This document shows, one piece after another, positions 1-10,500 of a stretch of DNA of 64,000 bases. Within the stretch, counting starts at the first letter, position 1, and every line of letters starts with the position of its first letter. The notes below the pieces were generated by a model. The model made no database searches. It was not told where the DNA came from and saw only the letters and a list, made by a program, of their open reading frames with translations. Position numbers and translations under genes: made by a program. Source of the stretch: an uncultured Cellvibrionaceae bacterium (GTDB taxonomy: Bacteria; Pseudomonadota; Gammaproteobacteria; Pseudomonadales; Cellvibrionaceae); NCBI GenBank assembly GCA_964451365.1, contig CAYVIB010000030.1, forward strand, positions 4,789-68,788. The letters are read 5' to 3'.

Positions 1-13
1 GTTCATAGCCAGG

Positions 14-721
14 TCACCCCACCGACGCCAAAGACTCGTTCTCATGCACAAGCTTTCCATCGAACAGCCTGATCTGGCGCCGTCCCTTCTTTAGGGATCT
101 CGGGTCGTGGGTCACCATGCATATGGTTGTACCTTCACTGTTCAACTGGTCAAGTAACTCGACAACAGCATCCGAGTTTTTCGAGTCCAGGTTTCCGGTG
201 GGCTCGTCCGCCAGGAGAACGCTTGGTTTTCCTGCTATAGCCCTGGCAACTGCCACCCGTTGCTGTTGACCACCTGAAAGCTGAGAAGGAAAATGTTTCG
301 CCCGGTGTTGCATATCAACCTTGACCAGGGCGTTGGAAACCATTTCTCTACGCTCTGACCTTGATAGGTCTTTTCTATAGGTAAGGGGCAGCTCGACGTT
401 TTGTTCAACCGTAAGATCGCTGATCAGGTTGAACGACTGAAAGACAAATCCCATATGCCTGTTCCTGATGCTGGCCTGCTCATTGCGGGACAGGTCCGAA
501 ACATCGTGGCCGTCCAGCTCATAGGTGCCGTTGGTGGGTTTATCCAGCAAACCCACTATGGAAAGAAGCGTGGACTTCCCACATCCCGACGGCCCGACGA
601 TGGACACATATTCTCCTGTATAAATCTCCAGATCAATATTGTTCAGCGCGTAGGTTTCTATTTCATCAGTGAAAAAAATCTTGTTCAGTTTGGATATCGA
701 TATCAGCTTTTTATTTTTCAT
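14..721 (-). CDS. ABC transporter ATP-binding subunit (MacB/LolD/DevA-like, ATPase only)
   Basis: 235-aa ORF with Walker A GPSGCGKST, ABC signature LSGGQQQR, Walker B LLADEPT and H-loop VTHD. It starts 9 nt after the HlyD-like gene. A further minus-strand ATG at 3-5 suggests the permease partner begins at the window edge. Confidence 0.9.
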   Translation of the reverse strand: MKNKKLISISKLNKIFFTDEIETYALNNIDLEIYTGEYVSIVGPSGCGKSTLLSIVGLLDKPTNGTYELDGHDVSDLSRNEQASIRNRHMGFVFQSFNLISDLTVEQNVELPLTYRKDLSRSERREMVSNALVKVDMQHRAKHFPSQLSGGQQQRVAVARAIAGKPSVLLADEPTGNLDSKNSDAVVELLDQLNSEGTTICMVTHDPRSLKKGRRQIRLFDGKLVHENESLASVG

Positions 722-730
722 GGCAAACCC

Positions 731-1984
731 CTAGTTAATATTTACGATTTTGTGTGATCCCCAATTGGAGGTTTCCGACACCACAACCTGATCGCCCACC
801 TGCAGGCCGCTTTTTATTTCAATGGTGTCCGTCGATGCTTTGCCGAATTCCACGACCACTCGCTCGGCAATATTATTTTTCCTGGAAATCCTGTAAAGCT
901 CGGAGCGACTACTACCTTGCGCATGAACAGGACGCTTTATATATAGAGAGTCTTCAACATTGGAAATATTGATAATACCTTCCACGCTCAGGTCCGAACG
1001 GGCCTCTCGCGGCAACTCCCCTATGAGCTCAACATCGACCTGCACGGTTCCATTGTTAACCGCTGGATCGATGCGCGACACCACACCTGGAATTTTGGAT
1101 GTTCTTGTATCCACGGTAACATTCTGGCCGACCGCAACCTGTTGAATCTGTATCTCCGGAATCCGAAGTTCCGCAACCAGGTTGTCCGCCTGGGCAAGTG
1201 TCGCGATATTATCGCCAACCGCCAACTCCTGACCCAGTTCGAGAAACAGGTCATGAACGACGCCATCGAATGCGGCTTTGATTTGCAGCCGATCGACACG
1301 CGTTTTTGCATATTCCAAAGCCCGGGCCATAATTCTTACGCGAGTCTGGAGTGCTTCTTCCTGTACCTGGATATTTGATCTCATCGTCTCCAGCCGACTC
1401 GATTGAATTTTCCTGCGCACATCGAAGCGTTTGACCGCTACTTCCGATCGCTTAAAAGCCAACGCGGAAACCGCTCCTTTTCCGGATTCAAACAGTTTTT
1501 TTTCCGCCTCATAAGTTGCCAAGGCCAACTCATAATCCAGTTCAGCCTCTCTCAGCAGGTAAGTCTGCTCTTCCAGCTCTGTGCGCAGATTGGCGATTTC
1601 AGCCTTGGTCTCAGCTTCTATTGCATCATATTGGGATTGCGCCTCCTCCAGTTGTTCAAGTATCAAGGGATTATGCAAAACCACGAGCACGTCTTCCTTT
1701 TCAACGACATCGCCCGCTTCCACGTTCAATTGCTCAACCCTGCCCGGCACATCTGCGGCCAGCCAGCGAGTGTTCTTTGCAGTGAGAACGCCGGCACCAC
1801 GCACCAAAACATCAAAGCTACCTCGTTTAACCACATCAGAAACGATGGTATCACCGTCTACAACATATCCCCCCACCCGGCTCGATAACAGGGAAACACC
1901 TATTACGCCGATAACAATAGCCGCCGCAATCAGCCAGTATTTTTTTACCAGCATTTTTCGTGGCTTTTCGCGCACAAAGTCCAC
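731..1984 (-). CDS. HlyD-family membrane fusion / periplasmic adaptor protein
   Basis: 417-aa ORF with an N-terminal TM anchor (YWLIAAAIVIGVIGVSLL) and a long coiled-coil segment (EAQSQYDAIEAETKAEIANLRTELEE...). Beta-barrel-like C-terminal sequence follows. It sits directly upstream of the ABC ATPase. Confidence 0.8.
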   Translation of the reverse strand: MDFVREKPRKMLVKKYWLIAAAIVIGVIGVSLLSSRVGGYVVDGDTIVSDVVKRGSFDVLVRGAGVLTAKNTRWLAADVPGRVEQLNVEAGDVVEKEDVLVVLHNPLILEQLEEAQSQYDAIEAETKAEIANLRTELEEQTYLLREAELDYELALATYEAEKKLFESGKGAVSALAFKRSEVAVKRFDVRRKIQSSRLETMRSNIQVQEEALQTRVRIMARALEYAKTRVDRLQIKAAFDGVVHDLFLELGQELAVGDNIATLAQADNLVAELRIPEIQIQQVAVGQNVTVDTRTSKIPGVVSRIDPAVNNGTVQVDVELIGELPREARSDLSVEGIINISNVEDSLYIKRPVHAQGSSRSELYRISRKNNIAERVVVEFGKASTDTIEIKSGLQVGDQVVVSETSNWGSHKIVNIN

Positions 1985-2064
1985 AATATACTCCTCTAAA
2001 TTTCTCGATCGAGGTTTTATACTTATCCGTTATCCGAACTTAAATTCCGTTAACATACCTGGAG

Positions 2065-3282
2065 CTACAGAAAACTTATAATGCTGTCCAGGCTTTCAAA
2101 AAAATAATGAATATCTTTTTCTGTGTTATATATATAGGCTGATGCCCGGATGACCTGTCCACTACCCGCGGCATTAATATAGGGCTGAGTGCATAAGTGG
2201 CCATTCCTGCACATAATGCCAAACGAGTCGCTCAGGTACCGGGCCACATCGTCAAGTTCGTCATGTCCGGGTATGAACATGCTCATTATGGCCCCGCGAT
2301 CCAGCCCCCGCTCAGGGTTGAGCGGCACAAGGTAATCCCGTTTGAGCGCTTCTTCCAACATTAAATCTCCAAGCTGTTTATCGTGCTCCTGGATTGTGTC
2401 GAAACCAATTTTGTTAAGATAATCCAGAGCCGCACCCAGGCCCAGCACACCTGCAATATGCGGCGTGCCTGCCTCAAACCGGTGAGGAATCTTCCGGAGG
2501 TCATACGATTCCCTTTCCACCCAATCCACCATCCCCCCACCCAATCGATAGGGTGCAAGTGTCTTTAACGCATCCACTTTTCCATATAAAACGCCCACTC
2601 CGGTTGGCCCGAGCATTTTATGAGCAGAAAAGGCAAGAAAATCGACGTCCAATTCACTTACATTGATTCTGCGATGAGGCACGGATTGAGCCGCATCCAC
2701 CACCACTGTTGCACCGGCGGCCTTGGCAAGACCGGTAAGCTCCTTCAGATCAACATAAATTCCCGAAGCATTTGAACAATGCGTTAAAGCGACAACCTTC
2801 GGCCTGAGCTTCAGCAGTTCCTTATAATGGTCGATATCAAATAAATTCCCGTCAGTCAGGTTAACCAGGCGGGTATCCGCTAAATGCAGCCAGGGAAGGA
2901 AATTTGAATGATGCGAATCCTGGAAGCAAACAACAACATCGCGTTTGCTCAAATTGAGTCCATTGGCTACCAGATTAATAGCTTCCGTGGTATTGGCCTG
3001 GAAGATAATTTCGTTCCCTTTGCAGCCCAACAGATTGGCCACTTTGTATCGTGTTTGCTCAAACTGGTTTGAAACTTCTTCGATTGCGACATGTTTTCCG
3101 CGGTGAATATTGGCCGATATACCGAGGTAGTAGCGGCAGATCGCATCCACCATGCACTGGGGTTTTAATGTCGTTGCCGCATTGTCCAGATAAGTCACAA
3201 GCTGACCATCTCGTTGTTGTTCCAGCCCCGGAAAATCCTGTCGGATGGAATGAGCGGCCAGACTAAAATTTAAACTGTTCAA
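2065..3282 (-). CDS. SufS/CsdA-family (group II) cysteine desulfurase, PLP-dependent
   Basis: 405 aa, collinear with E. coli SufS as recalled from memory. It has IRQDFPGL...YLDNAATT at the N-terminus, PLP-lysine motif SAHKMLGPTGVGVLY, RFEAGTP, and a catalytic-Cys loop RNGHLCTQP (SufS RTGHHCAMP). Its ATG overlaps the stop of the upstream PaaK-like gene by 4 nt. Confidence 0.85.
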   Translation of the reverse strand: MNSLNFSLAAHSIRQDFPGLEQQRDGQLVTYLDNAATTLKPQCMVDAICRYYLGISANIHRGKHVAIEEVSNQFEQTRYKVANLLGCKGNEIIFQANTTEAINLVANGLNLSKRDVVVCFQDSHHSNFLPWLHLADTRLVNLTDGNLFDIDHYKELLKLRPKVVALTHCSNASGIYVDLKELTGLAKAAGATVVVDAAQSVPHRRINVSELDVDFLAFSAHKMLGPTGVGVLYGKVDALKTLAPYRLGGGMVDWVERESYDLRKIPHRFEAGTPHIAGVLGLGAALDYLNKIGFDTIQEHDKQLGDLMLEEALKRDYLVPLNPERGLDRGAIMSMFIPGHDELDDVARYLSDSFGIMCRNGHLCTQPYINAAGSGQVIRASAYIYNTEKDIHYFFESLDSIISFL

Positions 3283-4598
3283 ATTTCACCGTCCCCGCTT
3301 TCGCTTACTTCTGACTTTACACATTGAAATTTTCCTGATCGCTCCGTCGCAATATATGAAACGTTTTCATGATCGACCTGCGCGGACTCCCCCAAGAGTT
3401 GGCGCAGATTGTCGACTACTTCCTTCTCCGCTCCATCCGTGTACCCGTCATTTACCATGGTCAGCAGGCTGAACCTGTGCGGAGCATTCTGTACGACCTG
3501 AAACAGGTCGAGCCAGCGGGGCGCACCCACTGCCTGACAAACATCGGCCACTGAAACCAAAGCGTCATCGGCTGTTCTTATTAAGGTCCCCACTCTTCCC
3601 TCCATGCTGACGACCGGCAAGGAGCTGCCACAGGAGCACTGATTGCCACGATAGCGAAAAACATCTCCGGTTTTGTAACGGATATGGGGAATGGCGCCAC
3701 GGTCAAGGCTACTAATATAGAGTTCGCCGATTTCCCCGACGCCGGCATAGTTATCACCTCTTATAATTTCCATAAAATAAACCTGGCTGTTTAAGTGGAG
3801 GGCGCCATGAGAACACTCCAGCGCCAGCCACCCCATTTCGGATGACGAAACCAGTTCGGCCAGTACGATGTTTTGGTGACCGAACGTCTCGAACGCATCC
3901 ATTATCTGGCGCCGGTTCAGCGCATGGGTTGCGGTATAGGTCATCACCACCGGTGCGTTGGGTAAGCTGACCTGTTTCTTCCTGGCGTGCCGCAAAAGGA
4001 AGGCAAAATGCGTCGGGTCGACATAGTAAAGGTCCGGCTGATAATCACATATCTCCTCCAGCGCCCGGTCAAGCAGTTCTTCCGACGTTGTCAGTAAATC
4101 GTGATAAACCGGAAGAACGAGCGTACCATCGCTCAACATCCTGTCTTCCCGAGTACTGTTTGGATTCGCACACTCAACATCGGAACAGTTGGGTGCGGCA
4201 TAACGGCAAATTTTCCTCGGCGCACGGGTAAAAGCCTGCTCCACGCTCCGGTTGACCCGGGTACATTCGATCGCGCGGGCCAAAAGGAGCATCCCGACTT
4301 CGAAGGTCACCAGTCGTTCTCCCGAGGTGCCCGAACTCTGGCTGCGAACCAGGCTTTCGTCGCTCAGGGAAAATCCTTTCGCGATGACCCCAACGGGAAA
4401 ATTTTTCCTGTAATCTTTCTTTTCCGTGCAGGGAATATCCATGACATCCTCGACAAAAAGGATATCGTCCGGCGTTAAACCGCTTTGCTCCAGATGTTTC
4501 CGGTAAAAGGGGACATTGGAATAAGCGTAATTAAGCTCTTTCAGAAAGGCATCGAACTGCGTCTCAGTAAACATTTCTCTCCTGACATCTACACTCAC
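3279..4598 (-). CDS. PaaK/CapK/coenzyme-F390-synthetase-like adenylate-forming enzyme
   Basis: 439 aa with N-terminal VPFYRKHLEQSGLTPDDI...IPCTEKKDYRKNFP and P-loop-like SSGTSGERLV. It also has YKTGDVFRY followed by a CSCG motif, as in phenylacetate-CoA-ligase-type enzymes. A 4-nt overlap links it to the terminal NRPS gene. Confidence 0.7.
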   Translation of the reverse strand: MSVDVRREMFTETQFDAFLKELNYAYSNVPFYRKHLEQSGLTPDDILFVEDVMDIPCTEKKDYRKNFPVGVIAKGFSLSDESLVRSQSSGTSGERLVTFEVGMLLLARAIECTRVNRSVEQAFTRAPRKICRYAAPNCSDVECANPNSTREDRMLSDGTLVLPVYHDLLTTSEELLDRALEEICDYQPDLYYVDPTHFAFLLRHARKKQVSLPNAPVVMTYTATHALNRRQIMDAFETFGHQNIVLAELVSSSEMGWLALECSHGALHLNSQVYFMEIIRGDNYAGVGEIGELYISSLDRGAIPHIRYKTGDVFRYRGNQCSCGSSLPVVSMEGRVGTLIRTADDALVSVADVCQAVGAPRWLDLFQVVQNAPHRFSLLTMVNDGYTDGAEKEVVDNLRQLLGESAQVDHENVSYIATERSGKFQCVKSEVSESGDGEI

Positions 4599-7500
4599 TG
4601 TTCAATTTCCGCCGGGGAAACCACTATCGGATTTAATCGACTGATTATCTTTGCCGCCAGACTGCCGGCATACTTCTCGTAGACCATATCCATGTGCTCA
4701 CCTTCCGCCGGCATCACATTAATTTTACCGCCGGTAACTTTATCCCAATCAAGATATGGGCTGGGGTTTACCTGATTTACATTGGTTCGAAACAGCTCGA
4801 TATCCAGCGAGGAAGACACGGGCTCGTACTGATCCATCACTTGCGGGAAAGTGATCAGCGCCTGCAAGTGGCGGTTTACAACGTCATCCTCGACGCCCTC
4901 GGGCTTGAGTCCCTGCTGGTTGATTGCTTTAACAAGACGCTGAATGGCCTTTTGTTCCGACTGACCCCTGATGCTTTCCCAATCGAACTCCAGGTCCTCC
5001 TGATAAAGCCCTTCAATCTTAAAGTACGGATTTTCCCGGTATAAATCCTCCTGCGCGCCACTTACACGATACGGCTGATCCAATATGCCCAAAAATGCCA
5101 CGTTATCTCCAGCTTTTTCAAACTGCCGGCCAATTTCATAAGCGACGGTACCACCAGACGACCAGCCCAACAGTCGATAAGGTCCCGCTGGTTGAATACG
5201 CTTGATTATGGAAATATAAAAACTTGCCAATCCTTCGATTGAAGTGGTGGTTATGTCTGTGTAGAGATCGGGTAACTGAAGTCCGTAAAATTGCGCTGAA
5301 TTCTCGAGTTGCTTTGCCAGTGGCTGATAGACCAGGGAAGAACCGGAAACCGGTGGCATGCCGAAAACAATGAAACCCGATTCCGACTCATTCAGCTTAA
5401 TCGCGATACGGTCAAGAACTGCCGGTTCAATATCCAAACCCAGTCTGGCGTACAAATCCCGTTCAGTATACCGGTTTTTGCTGTGCATGATTATTCGACG
5501 CAGCTCATTGATAAAGTCCCGGCCAAACGCCAGGATATCTTCTTCCCGATACCGGTTTGTACAAAACCGGAGGCTCACTTTAAATTTTTTGTCCAGAACC
5601 ATACTATCCACGGACAGCGCGTGCGGGGGAACATAGTCTTCTCCCACATCGTCGCCGTACGCTTCGTCAGCCAGGGAAAGCAGTGCACTAGATGCAAATA
5701 TCTGGTCGACACTGCCCAGATAATTAAACAGCAGTTGCGCGAATGGCTCGGCTCGTATGTCTGTTGTCGCGACAAAATGCTTTACAAGTCCATAACCCAA
5801 ACCTTTGTCGGGCAAGCTTCTATATTGTTGTTTGACGCTACTGATCAAGCTGTCCAGTTCTTCGTGCGTGGAAGAAACGTAGAATGGGAATTTACTTGTA
5901 AACCAGCCAATGGTTTCACTTATATCCGGGCTTTCTTCCAGTGGCTCCCTGCCATGCCCTTCCATGAGAAACCGACATCGATCGATACCGGTTCGCTTTC
6001 TCACCGCCAGGAACAAGCCTGTCAATAAAATTTCGTTGATGTCGGCATTTAGTGCCTGAGGCGCGGCTTTCAATAAATAAGAACTCTCGCCCGCCTCAAG
6101 CTCAACGGTTACGGACTTTCGTTTCGCAAGCGGCGTCGTTGCAGCGATGGCGGGAGCGCCCGGAAATAAGTCGGGTACGTCAGTTGCTACCTGGGCTTCC
6201 CAGAATTCGATTTGCCTTGCGAACTTCCCGGTTGTTGCATAACCCTCCAGGAACTCTGCCCAAGTCTGGTATGATGAAGTACGCGGTGGCAGTGACAGGG
6301 TCTCCCCTTTGATCAACTGTTGGCATCCCAACTGAAGATCACTAACCAGTATCCGCCATGATACACCATCAATAACAAGATGATGCGCAATAAGCAGCAG
6401 CCTTCCCTCTTCCTCCTGGCCAAAATCAAAATAGACCAACCGGAAAAGGCCGCCATTTTCCAGATCAAAACTCTGCTGGTACCTGCTTCCGACGTTCTGG
6501 ATAGTTTGTTTACGTTCCTCCTCCGCGGTGTCCGCAAGATTGTGATAATGGAAAATCTCGCCGAGCAGGTCGCGATCGAGGTCTTTATAAAAAGCTCTCC
6601 ATTTATCGGGTGCATCGGTTTTGAAAGCGAGCCGGAAAACATCGTGTCGTTTTAGCAGCGCATGGGCAAGCTGTCGAACACGGGGCCGAGTCAGGCCTGG
6701 AGGGACGGTAATCAACAATGACTGGTTGAAATGGTTCCTGGCGCCGAGAGAAGACAGCAGGAAATCCCGCTGAATCGGCAACAGGACTTGTTCGCCTTTC
6801 GCATCCTCGACAATCGCCTGCTGTCTTTCCGCCTTGCGCGCGATCTCCGCCAGACTTGCCACTGTCTTGGCGGTAAACACATCCCGGACACTTATGAAAA
6901 TATTATTCCGCTTTGCCCTGGCGACCACTTGCATCGATAAAATTGAATCTCCACCCAGATGGAAAAAATTGTCGTGAATTCCGACAACGCTGATATTCAG
7001 GACCGACGACAAAATGTCGCAAAGTGTTTTTTCGATCTCGTCGCGTGGCTGACCTTTCGCACCCGACTCCGCCAAGGCCTGGGGGATCGGCAGAGCACCA
7101 CGATCGACTTTGCCGGATACGGTAAGTGGAAGTTCGGTTAATATTACGAAAGCATCCGGCACCATATACTGCGGTAAGGCACTCTCCAGCGCGGCACGAA
7201 CCGCTTCCGGGTCCGTATCAGTGGCGTTGCCCCTTGGAACGAAATAGGCCGTAAGCTGTTTCCCAACCGCGGTGTCTGTCAGGGTGGCTACGGCATCCTC
7301 AACGTCCGCCAGCCCTTTCAGCGCATGCTCGACCTCACCCAGTTCGATCCGGTAGCCACGATGCTTTATCTGTGAGTCGTCACGCCCGAGGAAAACCAGC
7401 CGACCATCACTCAGCTGCTTGACCTTGTCCCCGGTGCGATAAAGAAATGCAGATACGTCGGGTCGAATTCGATTTTCAATGAAGTTTTCCGATGTCAGTC

Positions 7501-10500
7501 GATCCCGGTTTAGATAGCCGAGCGCAACGCAAGGTCCGCCAATAAATAATTCGCCGGCTGAACCCGGTCGCACTTCCGACAGATTTTCATCCAACACGAA
7601 GCACGCAGCATTAATTAACGGTTTCCCGATATTAACCGGCTGTCCGCACGCAATTACAGCGTAACAGGCGTTTACCGTCGCTTCGGTCGGACCATACGCG
7701 TTAATGGCCTTTTTTCCGTGACGCGAGCAGTATCGGCCAATTCTTTCCCAGGTGTCTTGAGTTATGTCCTCACCGCTCGATATCAGGTTCACCGCAAAAT
7801 CCGGCTCATGCTCAAGCACATCGATAACCTGACTGACCATTCGCGGTACGCTGTTGAATACATTTACCCCAGTATGTTTCATTAGCGCTACCAATGCGGC
7901 GGGGTCCCTGCTTTGCTCATCGCTGGCAAGCACGACTTTTCGACCGGCTATTAGCGAAACGAGGCCTTTGATCGACGCATCGAACGCATAGGAAGCATTC
8001 CATAACCAGGGGGCATCATCTGTCAGGTTGAGCTGCGCCAACTGCTCCCGAAAACCATGGTAAAAACTGTCGACGCATGAATGGCTAACCATTACTCCCT
8101 TGGGTGTCCCGGTCGTTCCGGAAGTGTAAATGATATATGCAAGCGCTTCCGCTTCGTCACCCTTGGCGGAAATATGCAGATTATCTTCGACGTAATTGGA
8201 AAGCGTTTCTTGGAGTGCGATGTCGTCGAGGCAAAGCCGAGTTTGACCCGGAAACGCGGAAACCTGAGAAGAACAGGTGATAACCGCCGACAACTCAGCA
8301 TCGATGGCAATAAATTTTTTGCGGCTGTCCGGTAAGCTCGTATCAATAGGTACGTAGGCCGCACCTGATTTTAAGGCTGCCAGAATGGCTACCACCAGGT
8401 CGATGGACCTTGGCAGGCAAATGCCCACCCTTTTCCCGTCCGGGCTGATATGTTCCGCCAGGTAATGAGCGAGCCGATTGGCTTGCGCATTCAGTTCGCT
8501 AAAGGTCAGTTGATGCGATTCGAATACCAACGCCGTATCGCCGGCTTTGTCCAATGCAGCCTGTTCGAACCGATAATGTATTGTCTCTCTCTTTTGTTGC
8601 AATACCTTTGATAGTGCGTCGTAGCGATTTGTGGATACTTCCCGTTCCTGTTGCAGGGAAGCAAAGCGTGGTGTCGGAACCTTCGCTTTCAAATCGCTTA
8701 TCTCAACATCGTTACCGGTATCCAGCGCTTCGACCACAACATCCAAAACCTCTTGGATATGAGCCAGAATCGCACCAGCTTCTGCTTTAGCAGCTGTTTT
8801 CAGGTTAAGCTCAAACTCGCCATCAATATCGCTCACACCCAGAGAAAGCGGATAATTGGTTCGTTCGCGCGAATCAATAATTTCGATATCGTTCAACTCC
8901 CCTTCGGCTTCATTATCCGAAAGTAACGCAGGGGCGGCGTGACGGTAATTAAGAATGGAAGTAAACAGCGGCGCATCTTTCGGCACGCCGCTGCATCGCT
9001 GCGCGGTCACCAGCGACGTTTGCTCGTGGGCGACAAGCTCCACCAATATATTCCTGATCCCGGTATAGACTTCCGACAGACGTCTGTTGTCCAGCTTAAC
9101 GCGTATTGGCAAAGTATTGATAAACAGCCCCACGGCTTTATCGATACCGTCAATACCCTGCTGGCGTCCCGAGAGTACAGTACCAAAAACAACATCGTCG
9201 CGTCCGCATAACGAGGAAACAACCATTGAAAACACGGTGTGAAATAAAACAGCCGGGCTGCAGCTCATGCGTTGACTAATGGCGCGAATGGATGCTGCCG
9301 TTTTGCCTGGCACGAACTCCACCACTTCGGCAATTTCAGTATTCCCCTGGATGTCGGTCAATCCCAAAGGCGTTGTCGCTTCGCTGACGTCTTCAAGCAT
9401 GCCGCGGAAAAAAGGTAGCGCGTGACCAGCAACGGACTGATCCCGTACTCTTTCCACAAACTGCCGATACGGTGCGGGCGTCGCAAGTTTGCCCGTTAGC
9501 CCCAATCGGTAGAGCTGTAATTCATCGCTAAGAATTTCCAGAACCAGGTGATCAGTAACGATATGGTGATACGCCAGAATAACGTCATACTGATCATTGG
9601 ATTGTGTTGCATAGAGCTTTATCAGGGGCGCCTGCTCCAGCGCTATTCTTTGCCTTCGCACGTGGCGTTCCAGTTGTGCCAACGCCGAATCACCCGATTG
9701 AACGGTGATAACTTCGACCGCCAGTTGAGCGGCACGCATTACGACTTGCACCGGCTTGGTGATGCCCTGCCAAAACACAGCTGTCCTGAGCATTTCGTGC
9801 CGGGCAATGATGAAGTTAAGTCCATCAATCAACTCCCGATACGCTTTATCGCCTTTTACCTTTAACATCGACAGTAAGATATAGGGGTCGTCTTCCCGAT
9901 CCATCAGGTGATGAAACAGAATACCTTCCTGCAGGTGCGACAATGGGAAAATATCCTCGATATTCTCCGCACCGCCCGGAACCCTGGAAACAATATAATC
10001 CAGATCCCCGGAGTCGAGTCGGACCAGGTCCAGCATATCGGCGGTGATTGCCGTACACCCTTGCGGTATGCCGGGTTTTGATTCAACCGGTGATTTTGCG
10101 GTCCGCAGACGATCGATTTTGGCCGCCATGGCCGCAAGGTCGGCAGCGCCGTAAACCTCTTTAAGTTCAATTGAATAGCCTTTTTCCCGAAGGCGACTCA
10201 ACATTTTAATCACGAGAATCGAGTGGCCACCCAACCTGAAAAAATTATCCGCTTTACCTGCCGACTCGATTTTAAGCAGTTCCCGCCATACGTCCGAAAG
10301 AACAATTTCCGTCTCTGTCCGTGGTGGTAGATATTTACCGGCGCGCAACGCACAGCCAGGTTCCGGCAACGCCTTGTAATTTATTTTGCCATTGGCGGTA
10401 AGCGGAAAAGCCTCCAGCACGACAAAGGCGGACGGAACCATGTATTCAGGCAGCGTATCCTGAAGCCGCGAGCGAAGCACATCCTCCAGTTGTTGCTCAT

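Noticed and set aside
5309-6028. 239-aa plus-strand ORF, plus similar ones at 25924..26454, 28405..28893, 33208..33615, 36466..36933 and 12256..12807
   Set aside because: All lie entirely inside NRPS coding sequence, either antisense or out of frame. They have no recognisable domains, while the NRPS frame shows continuous core motifs.
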